Assembly: GCA_963675665.1 (NCBI GenBank)
Contig: OY776510.1
Coordinates: 1,088,001-1,152,000, forward strand
From: Spirochaetia bacterium
Lineage (GTDB): Bacteria; Spirochaetota; Spirochaetia; UBA9216
Direction: 5' to 3'
DNA length: 64,000 nt
The notes beneath the pieces were generated by a model, which had not been told where the DNA came from, searched no databases, and saw nothing but the letters and a program-made list of their open reading frames with translations. The position numbers and the translations under genes were made by a program. Position 1 is the stretch's first letter; each line of letters opens with the position of its first letter. Positions 16,834 through 27,074 of the stretch are shown here, piece after piece.

Positions 16834-19398
16834 TTACTCCTCGAACCTTATATTATCAATAATTGTTTTTTTATTTATCCTCTTTACGGGAAAATACCCG
16901 GCCGTAATTGTTATGATAAGAAGGCCGATTGCCGCAATGCCTATCTCCTGCCAGGGAATACGGAACACCGACATCCGTATATTGCTCATCTCTTTTATAA
17001 GCAGGTACCATAAGCCTGTGCCTGCAATGCTGCCGAGTAACAATGCCGAGCTGCTGTAAATAATGCATTCTTTGAGGATCAGCATCTTTAGCCCGGCTTT
17101 ATCCAGGCCGACCGCCCGAATGATCCCGAATTCTCTCGAGCGTATAAGAAGATTTGTGCTTATTGTATTGATGATATTCAGGCAGCTTATTAACGCTATA
17201 ACAAAGATAAAACCGTAGAAAAAAATATTTATTGCCTGCATTTCCCGGGAATTCTCATCAGCCTGAATCTGCGCGTCGATATAATTATAGCCTATCCGCG
17301 TATTTGCTATTTTATCAAGATATTCAACGAGAGCATCTTTATCGCCGTCGGGTTTCAATCTGATATAAATAGTCTGAATATCCGCGGCCCCGGTCAATTT
17401 CGCGTAAAGGGACTCGTTTACTACAATATCAATTCCGCCTACCGATTTATTAAAATCTTCATAATAGACATCCCTCAAAACACCGCTAATTGTTTCTTCC
17501 ATACAGGTTCCGTTAATATTGAGAATCAAATTTTCACCCGGGCGGTAACTGCTGTTCGGGAAATATGATTTTCTGCCGGATTTATTATAGAAAAGCCCTT
17601 GTTTTGTCAGCATGATACCCGATGAATTTCCGGATTCAAGATATTTCTCAATCTCGGGCAGAGCTGCGTCTCCGTAACAGATTATTCTGCAGTTCGGAAT
17701 ATGGATGCCTTCTTCGGTTTGTCTGAAAGAAGAAAGATCTTTTACGTAATCATAATAATATGATGATAATTTTTCCGGCTCTGCAATAATACTGATGTCC
17801 GTAGTTGTGTATTTGATTAACAGATCAATGTCTTCAAACGATTCCAGTTCATTTAAAATATCTTTAGAGACGGTACTGTCCGATTCCAGCATGAGTCCGG
17901 GCATGGTATTATCCTGGATCAGATACAGCGAACCGACAAGCCTGAGCATTCCTCCGAATGATACAAAAAGGACCACGCTGATCACCATTGAAAAAAGGGT
18001 AACGGCAAATCTTTTTCGATTGCGACTGATGTTTCGGTATGCCATGACGGTTGAAAACCTTCTGAAAAGGCCTCTGAATTTTATAAATCTCTGTTTTTTT
18101 ATTCTGTCATGATTATACATCCCGGTGCTTCTTACTGCCTCCATCGGCGGAATCTTTCCTGCAATAAAGGCCGGAGCGAGAACTGAAATAAAAACTGTTG
18201 CTGTACAGATAATAATTGAATAAAAAATAACCTTAGGAGAAATTACTATCTGAAGTCCCTCAAAAAGCGGATTTCTGCTGAGAATATCGGCAATAAGAAA
18301 AACCAGTTTCATTGCAATAAGTCCTGTGAATACACCGGGAGGAATCGCAGCAAGGCTGATCAGTCCCGCTTCTCCAAGCATCAGTTTTCTAATCTGACCG
18401 GGAGCTGCTCCGATGCACCTCATGATGCCGAATTGCGATATTCGTTCAATCAGGGAAATATTGAATGAATTATAAATAACCGCAATTGTTGCAATAACAA
18501 TGATTGCAACAACTATAAATTCAAAACCCAGGATACTTGTTCTGACGTTATCATCTATACTATTGCCTGAAAAATTCAGCAACCTGTGGTTGTAAAGTAT
18601 TTCGGAACGGTCAAGACCGATAGCGGCGGCGATCGTTTCAGCCGTCGCTTTCGCAGAAGCCGGATCTTTCAGCAGAACAAGCATATTAAACCGATCCTCG
18701 GGCGACGGTTCGGAAAGGTCTTTATATATCACAGCGTTTAAAGAATAATTTTCAGACATATAAAAGTCTTCCGACAGGATTCCTGTTATCGTAAATACCC
18801 GGTCTCCTTCGTAATCAAAATGCTCCTGCGGATCTTCCTCTTTTTCATCAATAGATAAAGGATAAAGGTGGCTTGTAATTATGGAATTATCAGAGTTCTT
18901 TCTGCGTTGCCCTGTTTTAAGACGGATGAGACTATCTGTTTTTATATCCTTTCCGAGAATTTTTATTACGCTTTCTTCAACTGCAATTTCATTTGAACTC
19001 AGCGGTAACCTGCCTTCGATTAGCCGGTCTTTCATCTGCAGCATTTTCATAGCGTTTTCGTCATTCTGATTAAGGCGAAGCAGCCGGTACGGAATCTCAT
19101 CGTCGCCGGTTTCGGCAAGAACTGAAAAGCCGGCGATCTTTCCGGAGCAGCTTTTTTCCACAGCTATATGGTTTCTGATTAAAAAGGCCTGCTGCGCATC
19201 AACGTTTTTAAAGCAAACATGGAAATTCCCTTCGCTTTTAACGGCACTTTGTATCATCTGGTTTTTTACGCTTTCTATTATTGTTCCTGTTCCGGTTATC
19301 AGGGCTGCCGACATAAGAACGCCTAGAATATTTAAAATTGTGCGTTTCTTCTGTTTTTTAAGATACCTGAACGACAGGCGGTCATATGAACTTATCAT
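16834..19398 (-). CDS. ABC transporter permease (FtsX/MacB-like, two FtsX units)
   Basis: ERISQFGIMRCIGA and RSREFGIIRAVG; multiple TM segments. Confidence 0.88.
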   Translation of the reverse strand: MISSYDRLSFRYLKKQKKRTILNILGVLMSAALITGTGTIIESVKNQMIQSAVKSEGNFHVCFKNVDAQQAFLIRNHIAVEKSCSGKIAGFSVLAETGDDEIPYRLLRLNQNDENAMKMLQMKDRLIEGRLPLSSNEIAVEESVIKILGKDIKTDSLIRLKTGQRRKNSDNSIITSHLYPLSIDEKEEDPQEHFDYEGDRVFTITGILSEDFYMSENYSLNAVIYKDLSEPSPEDRFNMLVLLKDPASAKATAETIAAAIGLDRSEILYNHRLLNFSGNSIDDNVRTSILGFEFIVVAIIVIATIAVIYNSFNISLIERISQFGIMRCIGAAPGQIRKLMLGEAGLISLAAIPPGVFTGLIAMKLVFLIADILSRNPLFEGLQIVISPKVIFYSIIICTATVFISVLAPAFIAGKIPPMEAVRSTGMYNHDRIKKQRFIKFRGLFRRFSTVMAYRNISRNRKRFAVTLFSMVISVVLFVSFGGMLRLVGSLYLIQDNTMPGLMLESDSTVSKDILNELESFEDIDLLIKYTTTDISIIAEPEKLSSYYYDYVKDLSSFRQTEEGIHIPNCRIICYGDAALPEIEKYLESGNSSGIMLTKQGLFYNKSGRKSYFPNSSYRPGENLILNINGTCMEETISGVLRDVYYEDFNKSVGGIDIVVNESLYAKLTGAADIQTIYIRLKPDGDKDALVEYLDKIANTRIGYNYIDAQIQADENSREMQAINIFFYGFIFVIALISCLNIINTISTNLLIRSREFGIIRAVGLDKAGLKMLILKECIIYSSSALLLGSIAGTGLWYLLIKEMSNIRMSVFRIPWQEIGIAAIGLLIITITAGYFPVKRINKKTIIDNIRFEE

Positions 19399-20075
19399 CT
19401 GATACCCCTGTCCTGTACTATCCGGCCGTCATCTACAGTCAGAACTCTGTCCGCTTCACAGGCTAGCTCGTTATCGTGTGTAACAAGAAGAAGGGTCTGG
19501 TCGAGCTTTCGACAGGTCAGTTTCAGTAAATCCATTATATCGCGGCTGTTCTTGCTGTCGAGATTTCCGGTAGGCTCATCCGCCAGTACTATCGACGGCC
19601 GTGATATCAACGCTCTGCCTATTGATACCCGCTGCTGCTGTCCTCCGGAGAGCTGAGACGGAAGGTGCTCTCTCCGGTTTGTCAGGCCCAGCAGATTCAG
19701 CAGTTCATCAAGATAATCCCTGTCAATCTTTTGTCTGTCCATCAGCAGCGGCATTGCAATATTTTCCTCGGCTGATAATACCGGAAGCAGATTATTAAAC
19801 TGAAAAATAAAACCTATTTTTCTTCTTCTCAGAACAGCAAGCTGTTTCTCCGGATATTCGTAAATATCTTCGTTGTCGATAAAAACCTTTCCGTTGTCCG
19901 GCCTGTCTACTGCACCTATAAGATGTAGAAGCGTGCTTTTCCCTGAACCGCTTTGCCCGACTACAGAAATAAATTCTCCCTTTTCTATTGAGAGATCTAC
20001 ATCAACCAGAGCATTTACTCTGGTTTCTCCCATACCGTACCATTTGCTCAATTTCTTTGTTCTTACTATTTCCAT
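19395..20075 (-). CDS. ABC transporter ATP-binding protein (LolD/MacB-like)
   Basis: GQSGSGKST, LSGGQQQRV, LADEPTGNLDS. Confidence 0.95.
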   Translation of the reverse strand: MEIVRTKKLSKWYGMGETRVNALVDVDLSIEKGEFISVVGQSGSGKSTLLHLIGAVDRPDNGKVFIDNEDIYEYPEKQLAVLRRRKIGFIFQFNNLLPVLSAEENIAMPLLMDRQKIDRDYLDELLNLLGLTNRREHLPSQLSGGQQQRVSIGRALISRPSIVLADEPTGNLDSKNSRDIMDLLKLTCRKLDQTLLLVTHDNELACEADRVLTVDDGRIVQDRGIR

Positions 20076-20098
20076 ATATTCCTCAATTTATGATAGGT

Positions 20099-20154
20099 AT
20101 TATAGGGAGAGAATCTTTCAATATGGTGAATTTGAACCTTACAGTTCAGTAAGG
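20099..20154 (-). promoter_or_regulatory. Putative response-regulator-activated promoter of the ABC genes
   Basis: Inverted repeat CCTTAC-AGTTCA-GTAAGG (20137-20154); minus-strand TATAAT at 20099-20104; no consensus -35. Confidence 0.5.
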
Positions 20155-21402
20155 TAAGGTAATTATAAACTCGGCCCCGTTTCCGTCTGATCCTGAAGCC
20201 CTTATATCGCCGTTGTGCGCTTCGGTGATCATTTTGGCAAGAGACAGTCCTATTCCAACATTTTGCATGCCGGTAGAGTTGCTTCCTTTATAAAAACGTT
20301 CAAATATCCTAGGCAGTTCCGCTTCCGGAATGCCTGATCCGTTATCCTTTACGGATATTTTTAAAAAAAGCGGAGTATCTGACAAGGTGATTCTGATGAC
20401 TCCCCGCTGAGGATTTACATGTTGAATTGCATTTTTCAGAATATTGATAAATGCTTCACGAAGCCAGTTTGTATCTCCGGGAATCATGTGTATTTCATTT
20501 CTGTTATCCGAAATGCTCAAATTTATTTCCCCGGCAAGCGGTTGAAGATTTTCTACAGCCCTGTTTATCGGTTCAAGGATATTCAACGGGGTTTTTTCAA
20601 ACGAAATTGCTCCGGCTCCGAGTTTTCCTAACTGTAGAAGACTTTTTATCAGCCATTCAAGGCGTTCCAGCTGGTTTCTGCAGACCGTAAGGAATTCAGC
20701 CCGTCTGGCTTCTTCCATATGCGGTTCTTCTATCATAAGATCGTTATACATAATCAGTGAAGCTAGCGGAGTTTTCAACTGATGTGATATATCAGATATT
20801 ATATTACGCAGAAACAGCTTTTCTCCGGAAAGTTTTTCGGTTGACGACTGAACCAGTTTTACCATCTGATTAAATCTACAAACAAAAAGATCGACAATTC
20901 CTTCTTTGTGCTTTGTTTTTCCAAAAGCCGGCTTTCCGTCCAGAATGGAAATAATACAATCGGAAAGTTCAGCTATTCTGCTGTAAAGTCTTTTCTGATT
21001 GAATAAAAATCCTGAATAATTAAGAGCTGTTATTATTAGCGCAAGAATACCGAACCCTGTAACAACAGAAGGCAGCATTCCTGAATAAACCGGATTAGGA
21101 TTTTTCAGGCTGCCGGAAAGATACCCGAAACGGGCAAGATATTCTTTTCCGGGTTGTACGGAGAGTCCCGGGGCGTCCTCCAGAAGCACCGGGATGACTT
21201 TTTCAAGACTTCCGGGATAATCATTCTCAATTACTGCCGCAATTCTGAAGATTCTTTCGTCGATTCGCACGTTAATCTGATAAAGCAGAACCGTGATGAA
21301 GCCCGCAGTGAGTATCAACCCGGCAATCTGTATAAACAGCAGGGTAATTAAATGCCTTCTGTAATCCGGTGTATTGATCAGTTGATGATTTGTTATCGCC
21401 AT
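20146..21402 (-). CDS. Sensor histidine kinase
   Basis: Two TM segments, DISHQLKTPL, NILKNA, DNGSG, GIGLS. Confidence 0.92.
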   Translation of the reverse strand: MAITNHQLINTPDYRRHLITLLFIQIAGLILTAGFITVLLYQINVRIDERIFRIAAVIENDYPGSLEKVIPVLLEDAPGLSVQPGKEYLARFGYLSGSLKNPNPVYSGMLPSVVTGFGILALIITALNYSGFLFNQKRLYSRIAELSDCIISILDGKPAFGKTKHKEGIVDLFVCRFNQMVKLVQSSTEKLSGEKLFLRNIISDISHQLKTPLASLIMYNDLMIEEPHMEEARRAEFLTVCRNQLERLEWLIKSLLQLGKLGAGAISFEKTPLNILEPINRAVENLQPLAGEINLSISDNRNEIHMIPGDTNWLREAFINILKNAIQHVNPQRGVIRITLSDTPLFLKISVKDNGSGIPEAELPRIFERFYKGSNSTGMQNVGIGLSLAKMITEAHNGDIRASGSDGNGAEFIITLPY

Positions 21403-22082
21403 CTGTATCCTGTTCCTCTTATTGTTTCTATGTATTCCGGATTTGCCGGATCTTTTTCGATTTTTTCGCGAAGCCGCCTGATATATACCGACAGTGTGTT
21501 GGAGTCTACAAAATGATCGTTACTATCCCAGAGTTGTTCAAGCAGCTTGTCGCGCATTACAATATTGCCTTTATTTTCAAGAAGAACATTTACCAGCCGG
21601 AATTCTGTTGATGTAAGCTGCAGATCGCTGCTGTTTTTATAAAATCTTGCCGCCCCGCGGTCTATTGTAAAAGGGCCGTCGGAATAAAGATTTCTGCTTT
21701 GCCGTGGAGCTGAGTTTCGTCTCAGCACAGCATTTATTCTCGAAATCAGTTCGTTTACACGAAAGGGCTTTGATATATAGTCGTCTCCGCCTATGTCCAG
21801 ACCCATAACTACATTTACTTCTTCATCACATGCGGTTAAAAAGATTACAGGAAGATTTGAATCCTTGCGTATCATTCGGCAAAGGTCGTAACCATTTCCG
21901 TCTGGCAGATTTATATCAAGAAGAACTATTTCATAGCTTTTCTCAATACTTGCCGACCGGTAAAGATTCATAAATTCCGAGACGGTAAACACGGTTTTTA
22001 TTGAAAAACCGCTTTTCTTCAAAGCGTATTCAAGACCGTTCGCCAGTGATATGTCGTCTTCTACAAGCAAAACACTTTTCAT
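21393..22082 (-). CDS. OmpR/PhoB-family response regulator
   Basis: LLVEDD, LLDINLPD, DDYISKPF, IETIRGTGY. Confidence 0.94.
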   Translation of the reverse strand: MKSVLLVEDDISLANGLEYALKKSGFSIKTVFTVSEFMNLYRSASIEKSYEIVLLDINLPDGNGYDLCRMIRKDSNLPVIFLTACDEEVNVVMGLDIGGDDYISKPFRVNELISRINAVLRRNSAPRQSRNLYSDGPFTIDRGAARFYKNSSDLQLTSTEFRLVNVLLENKGNIVMRDKLLEQLWDSNDHFVDSNTLSVYIRRLREKIEKDPANPEYIETIRGTGYRWR

Positions 22083-22092
22083 GTTTTTTACC

Positions 22093-23244
22093 TTATTGTT
22101 GATGGACCCTGTTGAGGAAGTCCATAATCGCCCGCTCCGACGGCGGGCAGCCGTTGATAAAAACCGGTGCGCCTTTCGTACATATGCCGACCCCGATTTT
22201 CCCTTCCGGCAGGTCTGTTCCGCGGAAATCCTGCCCGATACAGATTGAGCCGCGGGTAAACCTGTCGACGGCCTCGGGGTTTGCGGCCTTTATCCTGCGC
22301 AGGGCGCCTGCAAGGTTTCCGAAACAGGCTGAGCAGGCTGAGCGCTGATCTACAATTTTATTAATCCAGTTTTTTACAGCGGAAGCTTCGGTTTCATTAC
22401 GGCTTCCGATGTTTACGACCGTCTGCTTTTGTCTGCCGCCGGGGTTCGTTATATCTTCTTTTGAGACGGAGGAAGTGCCGACCCCGTATGATTCCGCTAT
22501 GGCTATATATTTAACAGCAGTCTTATCAATATCAAGAAGGCTGCAAGCATAGCTGTCGATTGAAACCGAATCTCTGCCGAGCAGGAGCAGGTCTCTCTTC
22601 TCCGGGCTGCCGCCTTCTTCCCAGTACGGGTCTCCGTTTAAGCCGTCGACAAGGGTGAAGGCGGGTTTGATAACCGTATTCAGCAAGGCTACCGGCATAT
22701 GGACGCCGAGGCTGTGGTAGCGCCGTTTCTCACTGTCGGGGATGCAGCCTTTCAGATTTTTAAGCGCGCATGTCAGTTTTGTCTGTCCGTGCCCTTTGAG
22801 TACCGGAAGATTTACCAGGCTGCCGCCGTTTTGCCGTAATTCGACAACAGTTCTGCATATTTTGAGTTTTTCGCCCTGCGTTTCGATTTCTGTAAAGTCG
22901 TCTTTCTGAAGATCAATCAGCTTTACGCCGTAATGTTTAGAAAGGGCTGTATAACCGCAGGCCTTATAGGCTTTAACTGTTGAATCACCCACCCATGAGC
23001 CTTCGGTGATTGAAATTCGGTAATATCCCTTTTCTTTTAAGTATTCAATCACTGCAGCAACAATTTCAGGATGAGTTGTCGCCCCTCCTGATGCAGGCTT
23101 GCTTACAACAAGGTTTGGTTTGAGCAGAATCGGGGCTTCTTTCAATCCTAGCCAGTCGCAGGCTCCGGCTGAATCAAGCAGCTTGAAGATGTCTTTTGTA
23201 AGTTTACTTCTGTCTTTATTTAGAATTTGCCATATAACACTCAT
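22093..23244 (-). CDS. DUF362 domain protein with Cys-rich C-terminus
   Basis: LLKPNLV, TTHPE, NLPVLKGH, ALKNLKGC; CSAC, IGVGICT and GCPP; ATGA overlap with the upstream vWA gene. Confidence 0.8.
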   Translation of the reverse strand: MSVIWQILNKDRSKLTKDIFKLLDSAGACDWLGLKEAPILLKPNLVVSKPASGGATTHPEIVAAVIEYLKEKGYYRISITEGSWVGDSTVKAYKACGYTALSKHYGVKLIDLQKDDFTEIETQGEKLKICRTVVELRQNGGSLVNLPVLKGHGQTKLTCALKNLKGCIPDSEKRRYHSLGVHMPVALLNTVIKPAFTLVDGLNGDPYWEEGGSPEKRDLLLLGRDSVSIDSYACSLLDIDKTAVKYIAIAESYGVGTSSVSKEDITNPGGRQKQTVVNIGSRNETEASAVKNWINKIVDQRSACSACFGNLAGALRRIKAANPEAVDRFTRGSICIGQDFRGTDLPEGKIGVGICTKGAPVFINGCPPSERAIMDFLNRVHQQ

Positions 23245-24578
23245 TGTCCTTTACTATAAACAGTTGTTTCAGGCATGTCAAAGACGATAGTACTGCCTTC
23301 AATTCTAATAACATCTCCGGGAGCAAGCTTTTTGTTTTTCAATTTACGGTTGTTGACATGAACAGGTTTTTCGCTTACCAGGGTATATGTTCCGGTTTTT
23401 GCATCATTAAGAATTGTTGCATGATGAGCATCAACCCCCGGGTTTCCGGCGATTGTATAATCAGCATCCTTATCGGCCCCGATTATTGTGGCTTCGCCGC
23501 TCAGAACTGTTTTTCCGCCTGTTCCTACGGATTGAATTTGTGCTTCGCCTACCGCTTTTTCATAAGGTATTAAATACAGCGCGGCAAGGCCTCCCGTTCC
23601 GCAGAAAAGTATTATCAGAATAATCAGAAGATGCTGCCCCGAGGATGTTCCGAACAGTGCCGGTGTAAGCACGGTGCGGCTGTCGCTGTTTCCGTCGTAT
23701 TCAACAGAGATCTTTGCGGAAGTATTTTTAAACGGGGGCGCTGCTACCGTAATTCTGTATTCTTTCAGAATTCTGTCCCTGATTTCGGTATAAACGTTTT
23801 CTATTTCGTTTGTCGATCTGACATCATAAAAACTGCCGCCGGTTTGCATGCATATCCTTTGAAGTTCCGCGTCGCGATTGTCCGAAATATTAATCCCGTC
23901 GAGAGAGATTCCTGCGTTGTGAAATAATCTGATTAAATCATCCGGTGCTGCTGTAGTGCTTCCCCATACAGAGTTTAGTTTACCGGTCCGGTTGTATAAT
24001 GAAAAATTTTCTCCGTCCGAGAGAACAATGACGGCCTTTCGCCCGCCTTCTTTCGGGAATAGCGACGTTATTTCAGCAAGGGAATTGTACAGTTCTGTAT
24101 AAGCTTCATCGGGCCGAGGTTGCCTCAGCGCCGATATGCTCCGCCTTATCTCTGCAGGGTTTGACCCGAACCCGGCAAGTTTGTCAAGATTTGTATTGAA
24201 TGCATAAACAGCGGCACGATCTTCGGATGAATCCATCTGATCCAGAAACGAATTAAGAGCAAGTTTTGCCTGGGCTATTCTTATACTGCCCTGATAACTT
24301 TCGTCATACATTGAACCCGAGTTGTCTATAAGAAGAAGAAAATCAATGCCGGCGTTTTTATTGGGCGCCGATTCAAAGGATATTATCTCAAGAAGTCCCA
24401 GATCTTTTTCAGTTACCTGAAAATTTTCAGCAAGGGCGTCTTCAGGCGCTGTGAAATAGATATCCATCCGGCCTTTCAGCAGGAGGTGGTTGGTGTCAAT
24501 CTGGCTGATCTTCACTTCCTGTGCTGAAAGAGGAAAAAGAAAAGCGGATATAATAAAAACAAAAAGCAGTTTTTTCAT
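23241..24578 (-). CDS. Exported vWA domain - TM - cytoplasmic FHA-like domain protein
   Basis: Signal peptide; MIDAS DNSGSM, TELYN, VLSDG; TM; C-terminal TIIGADKDAD...VDAHHATI...VNN...LAPGDVIRIEG. Confidence 0.82.
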   Translation of the reverse strand: MKKLLFVFIISAFLFPLSAQEVKISQIDTNHLLLKGRMDIYFTAPEDALAENFQVTEKDLGLLEIISFESAPNKNAGIDFLLLIDNSGSMYDESYQGSIRIAQAKLALNSFLDQMDSSEDRAAVYAFNTNLDKLAGFGSNPAEIRRSISALRQPRPDEAYTELYNSLAEITSLFPKEGGRKAVIVLSDGENFSLYNRTGKLNSVWGSTTAAPDDLIRLFHNAGISLDGINISDNRDAELQRICMQTGGSFYDVRSTNEIENVYTEIRDRILKEYRITVAAPPFKNTSAKISVEYDGNSDSRTVLTPALFGTSSGQHLLIILIILFCGTGGLAALYLIPYEKAVGEAQIQSVGTGGKTVLSGEATIIGADKDADYTIAGNPGVDAHHATILNDAKTGTYTLVSEKPVHVNNRKLKNKKLAPGDVIRIEGSTIVFDMPETTVYSKGQ

Positions 24579-24593
24579 GGAATTTCTCTCCTG

Positions 24594-25493
24594 TCAGCCA
24601 GGCAGATACAATAGTTTAAGGCTTCCCAGCTGAATCACATCCTGATATTTAAGATATTTTTTGCCTGATACGGGCTTATCGTTAAGAAGAGTAACTTCAG
24701 TATTCTCCGGGAGCGCAGGGGTTTCTGAAGGTTCAAAGAAAATCTCGTAACCGTCTTTTTCAACCACGGTTTTAGGTATCGACTTGTACCCATGGATATA
24801 AATATCGCTTCTCATTGCAGGGCCGACAACGGTCCTTTTTTTAATCAGCAGATACTCCCTGTTTTTTAATTTGCCGTTAAGAACTTTCAATCTTCCGTAA
24901 CTGAACCTGCGTTCAAATTCCCCGAGAAAAACCCCTATGAGTATACCCATTGCGGCAAGCCCGGAAGCGCGGACCGCGAAATTCTGCGGGTAATAGACGG
25001 TTAAAAACCCGTAAAGCAGACCCCCGGTCAAACCTCCCGCAAGCCCTCCGAGGATACCGGCTACAGCTCTTCTTGCTGTTTTCTTCAGTATTCCGTCGAT
25101 AGCGCCTATGGAGATTCCCATAAACATCCACCCTGTTCCGCGCCAGATCGGCAGTATAAGATCTATTGATTTTTCATAATCCATGTTAAGCAGATTGGCG
25201 CTGAAAAGCATTCCCCGGGATGCTGTTATCTGTGAAGCTGCAGCTATTATCGCCCCGGTCGCAGCTGAAACAGCTGCATTAAATATTCCGCTCTTTAATT
25301 CCTTATATACTATTGCGTCAGTAAAACCGAAAGTGAATCCGAAAATCAATCCCAGGGCAGCCCCCTGCAGCAGAGACAGTTGAAGATAACTTTTAAACCC
25401 GGAAATATTCATTATTTCGATGATTGAAAATGCTGTCAGTCCGGCACATAATCCCGTTAATATATAAACAATCGTTTTATTTCTTTGTGTCAT
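24594..25493 (-). CDS. Polytopic Gly-rich membrane protein with C-terminal FHA-like domain
   Basis: About 6 Gly/Ala-rich TM helices, then LKVLNGKLKNREY...VVG...SDIYI...LLND...LKYQDVIQLG. Confidence 0.72.
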   Translation of the reverse strand: MTQRNKTIVYILTGLCAGLTAFSIIEIMNISGFKSYLQLSLLQGAALGLIFGFTFGFTDAIVYKELKSGIFNAAVSAATGAIIAAASQITASRGMLFSANLLNMDYEKSIDLILPIWRGTGWMFMGISIGAIDGILKKTARRAVAGILGGLAGGLTGGLLYGFLTVYYPQNFAVRASGLAAMGILIGVFLGEFERRFSYGRLKVLNGKLKNREYLLIKKRTVVGPAMRSDIYIHGYKSIPKTVVEKDGYEIFFEPSETPALPENTEVTLLNDKPVSGKKYLKYQDVIQLGSLKLLYLPG

Positions 25494-25502
25494 GTTTTCT
25501 CC

Positions 25503-27065
25503 TTAATTGTTAAGCGGAACCAGTTCCGTCTGAAAATGGACTGAAATCTGCCCGGCTTTTATGTTCAGAACCCATTCCTGTTTTTCATAGCCGTCCGCCG
25601 TCATTCGGAAGTTGCAGACCTCACCCGACAGAACCACAGTGTCTTTAACCGGTATAAATTCTCCGTTCCGGTAGACCTCGAGAACCGTTTTTCCGGAGAG
25701 ATCCCAACCGCTTTCGGCGTCGAGGACCTGAAAGGTCAGTTTTACAGGCGCAGGCATTGTCGGGGGTAAGGAAAGCAGTATTTCAGAACCGCGTCCGGCT
25801 TTTTCCCACGGTACTATCCGAAAAGAGTTCCAGATTATTTTTTCGCCTATAAGAGTTTTTGCCCTGTATTTTCCTTCAGGCAGGTATAACGGCAGTGAAT
25901 AATATCTTTCTTTAAAAGGCAGATACCGGACCTTCAATCCTGCCGCCGGAATATCTTTTCCGTCGTCGAGAAAGATCTCAGTATGCGGGATTACAGTTGA
26001 GTCCGAATCCGGGATGTCTGAAGAGAATCTCACCTGTCCGAACCCGGAAGGAGATAATATCCGTTTATGCAGATCTGTCATACTGCTTAAGCCTGCAAAA
26101 GAAGCTGATAAGACAGCAATAATAATCACAGCCGCGATTACCGGTTTGAACATTTTTTTATTTTTCTTTTTCAGCGGAGGCGCGGTTTCCTCCTTAATCA
26201 GAAGACGAAGATGTTCTTTTAAATCTTCGGTTTTATAGGCAGCCAGCCATTTCCCGAGTTTAATGATCAACCGGTCAATATTTTTATACCTGGATCCGGG
26301 CTTTGGCTTTATCAGCGAACGGATAATTCTTTGCAGTTCGGACGCAATTGACGGGTTTATCTTTCCCGGTTTTTTATATTTTCCCTTCCTGATCATCCTC
26401 ATTGTTTCCGGTGTGAACCCGCCGGGGAATGGTTTAAGTCCCGTAAGCATTTCATACATCATTATGCCCAGCGAATATAAATCAGCCCTGTAGTCGACAG
26501 TTCGTGAGTTCTCAAACTGTTCGGGCGCCATATAAGCCGGGGTTCCCAGGGTTGTCCCGTCGGCGGTCAGGCTGTCTTCTCCCGTGTCCGGGTTTCCTGC
26601 AGACGCAATACCGAAGTCGGCAAGTTTTATTTCACCGTCCCTGGATATTAAAACATTGGCGGGTTTGATGTCCCTGTGAACAACACCCCTGGAATGTGCA
26701 TATTTCAATGCTTTTGCAGTATAAAGCGTAATGTATGCAGCGGTACAGTTGTCAAGATAGCGCTGCTGCTCAATCAGCTCCTTAACCGACATCCCGTCGA
26801 TATATTCCATTACAATATAATGGCTTCGGCCCTGAATAAAATGGTCCTGAACATCAACAATATTATCGTTTCTGAAATCAAGGAGGATTTTTGCTTCGCG
26901 TCTGAAACGTTCGGTTATTGTTGCATTGCCTCTGAGCGTCAGTTTCTTCAGGATTACCGGACGGTCAAGGGTTGGGTGAATACCTTTATAAACAGCGCCC
27001 ATTCCGCCTTCGGCAACAAGTTCTTCTATCCGGTATTTATCAATTTTATCAGGTATTCTGGCCAT
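25503..27065 (-). CDS. Transmembrane Hanks-type Ser/Thr protein kinase
   Basis: EGGMGAVYKG, HRDIKPANVL, KLADFG, GTPAYMAPEQ; TM VIAAVIIIAVLSASF; extracytoplasmic tail. Confidence 0.95.
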   Translation of the reverse strand: MARIPDKIDKYRIEELVAEGGMGAVYKGIHPTLDRPVILKKLTLRGNATITERFRREAKILLDFRNDNIVDVQDHFIQGRSHYIVMEYIDGMSVKELIEQQRYLDNCTAAYITLYTAKALKYAHSRGVVHRDIKPANVLISRDGEIKLADFGIASAGNPDTGEDSLTADGTTLGTPAYMAPEQFENSRTVDYRADLYSLGIMMYEMLTGLKPFPGGFTPETMRMIRKGKYKKPGKINPSIASELQRIIRSLIKPKPGSRYKNIDRLIIKLGKWLAAYKTEDLKEHLRLLIKEETAPPLKKKNKKMFKPVIAAVIIIAVLSASFAGLSSMTDLHKRILSPSGFGQVRFSSDIPDSDSTVIPHTEIFLDDGKDIPAAGLKVRYLPFKERYYSLPLYLPEGKYRAKTLIGEKIIWNSFRIVPWEKAGRGSEILLSLPPTMPAPVKLTFQVLDAESGWDLSGKTVLEVYRNGEFIPVKDTVVLSGEVCNFRMTADGYEKQEWVLNIKAGQISVHFQTELVPLNN

Positions 27066-27074
27066 AATTCTCCC

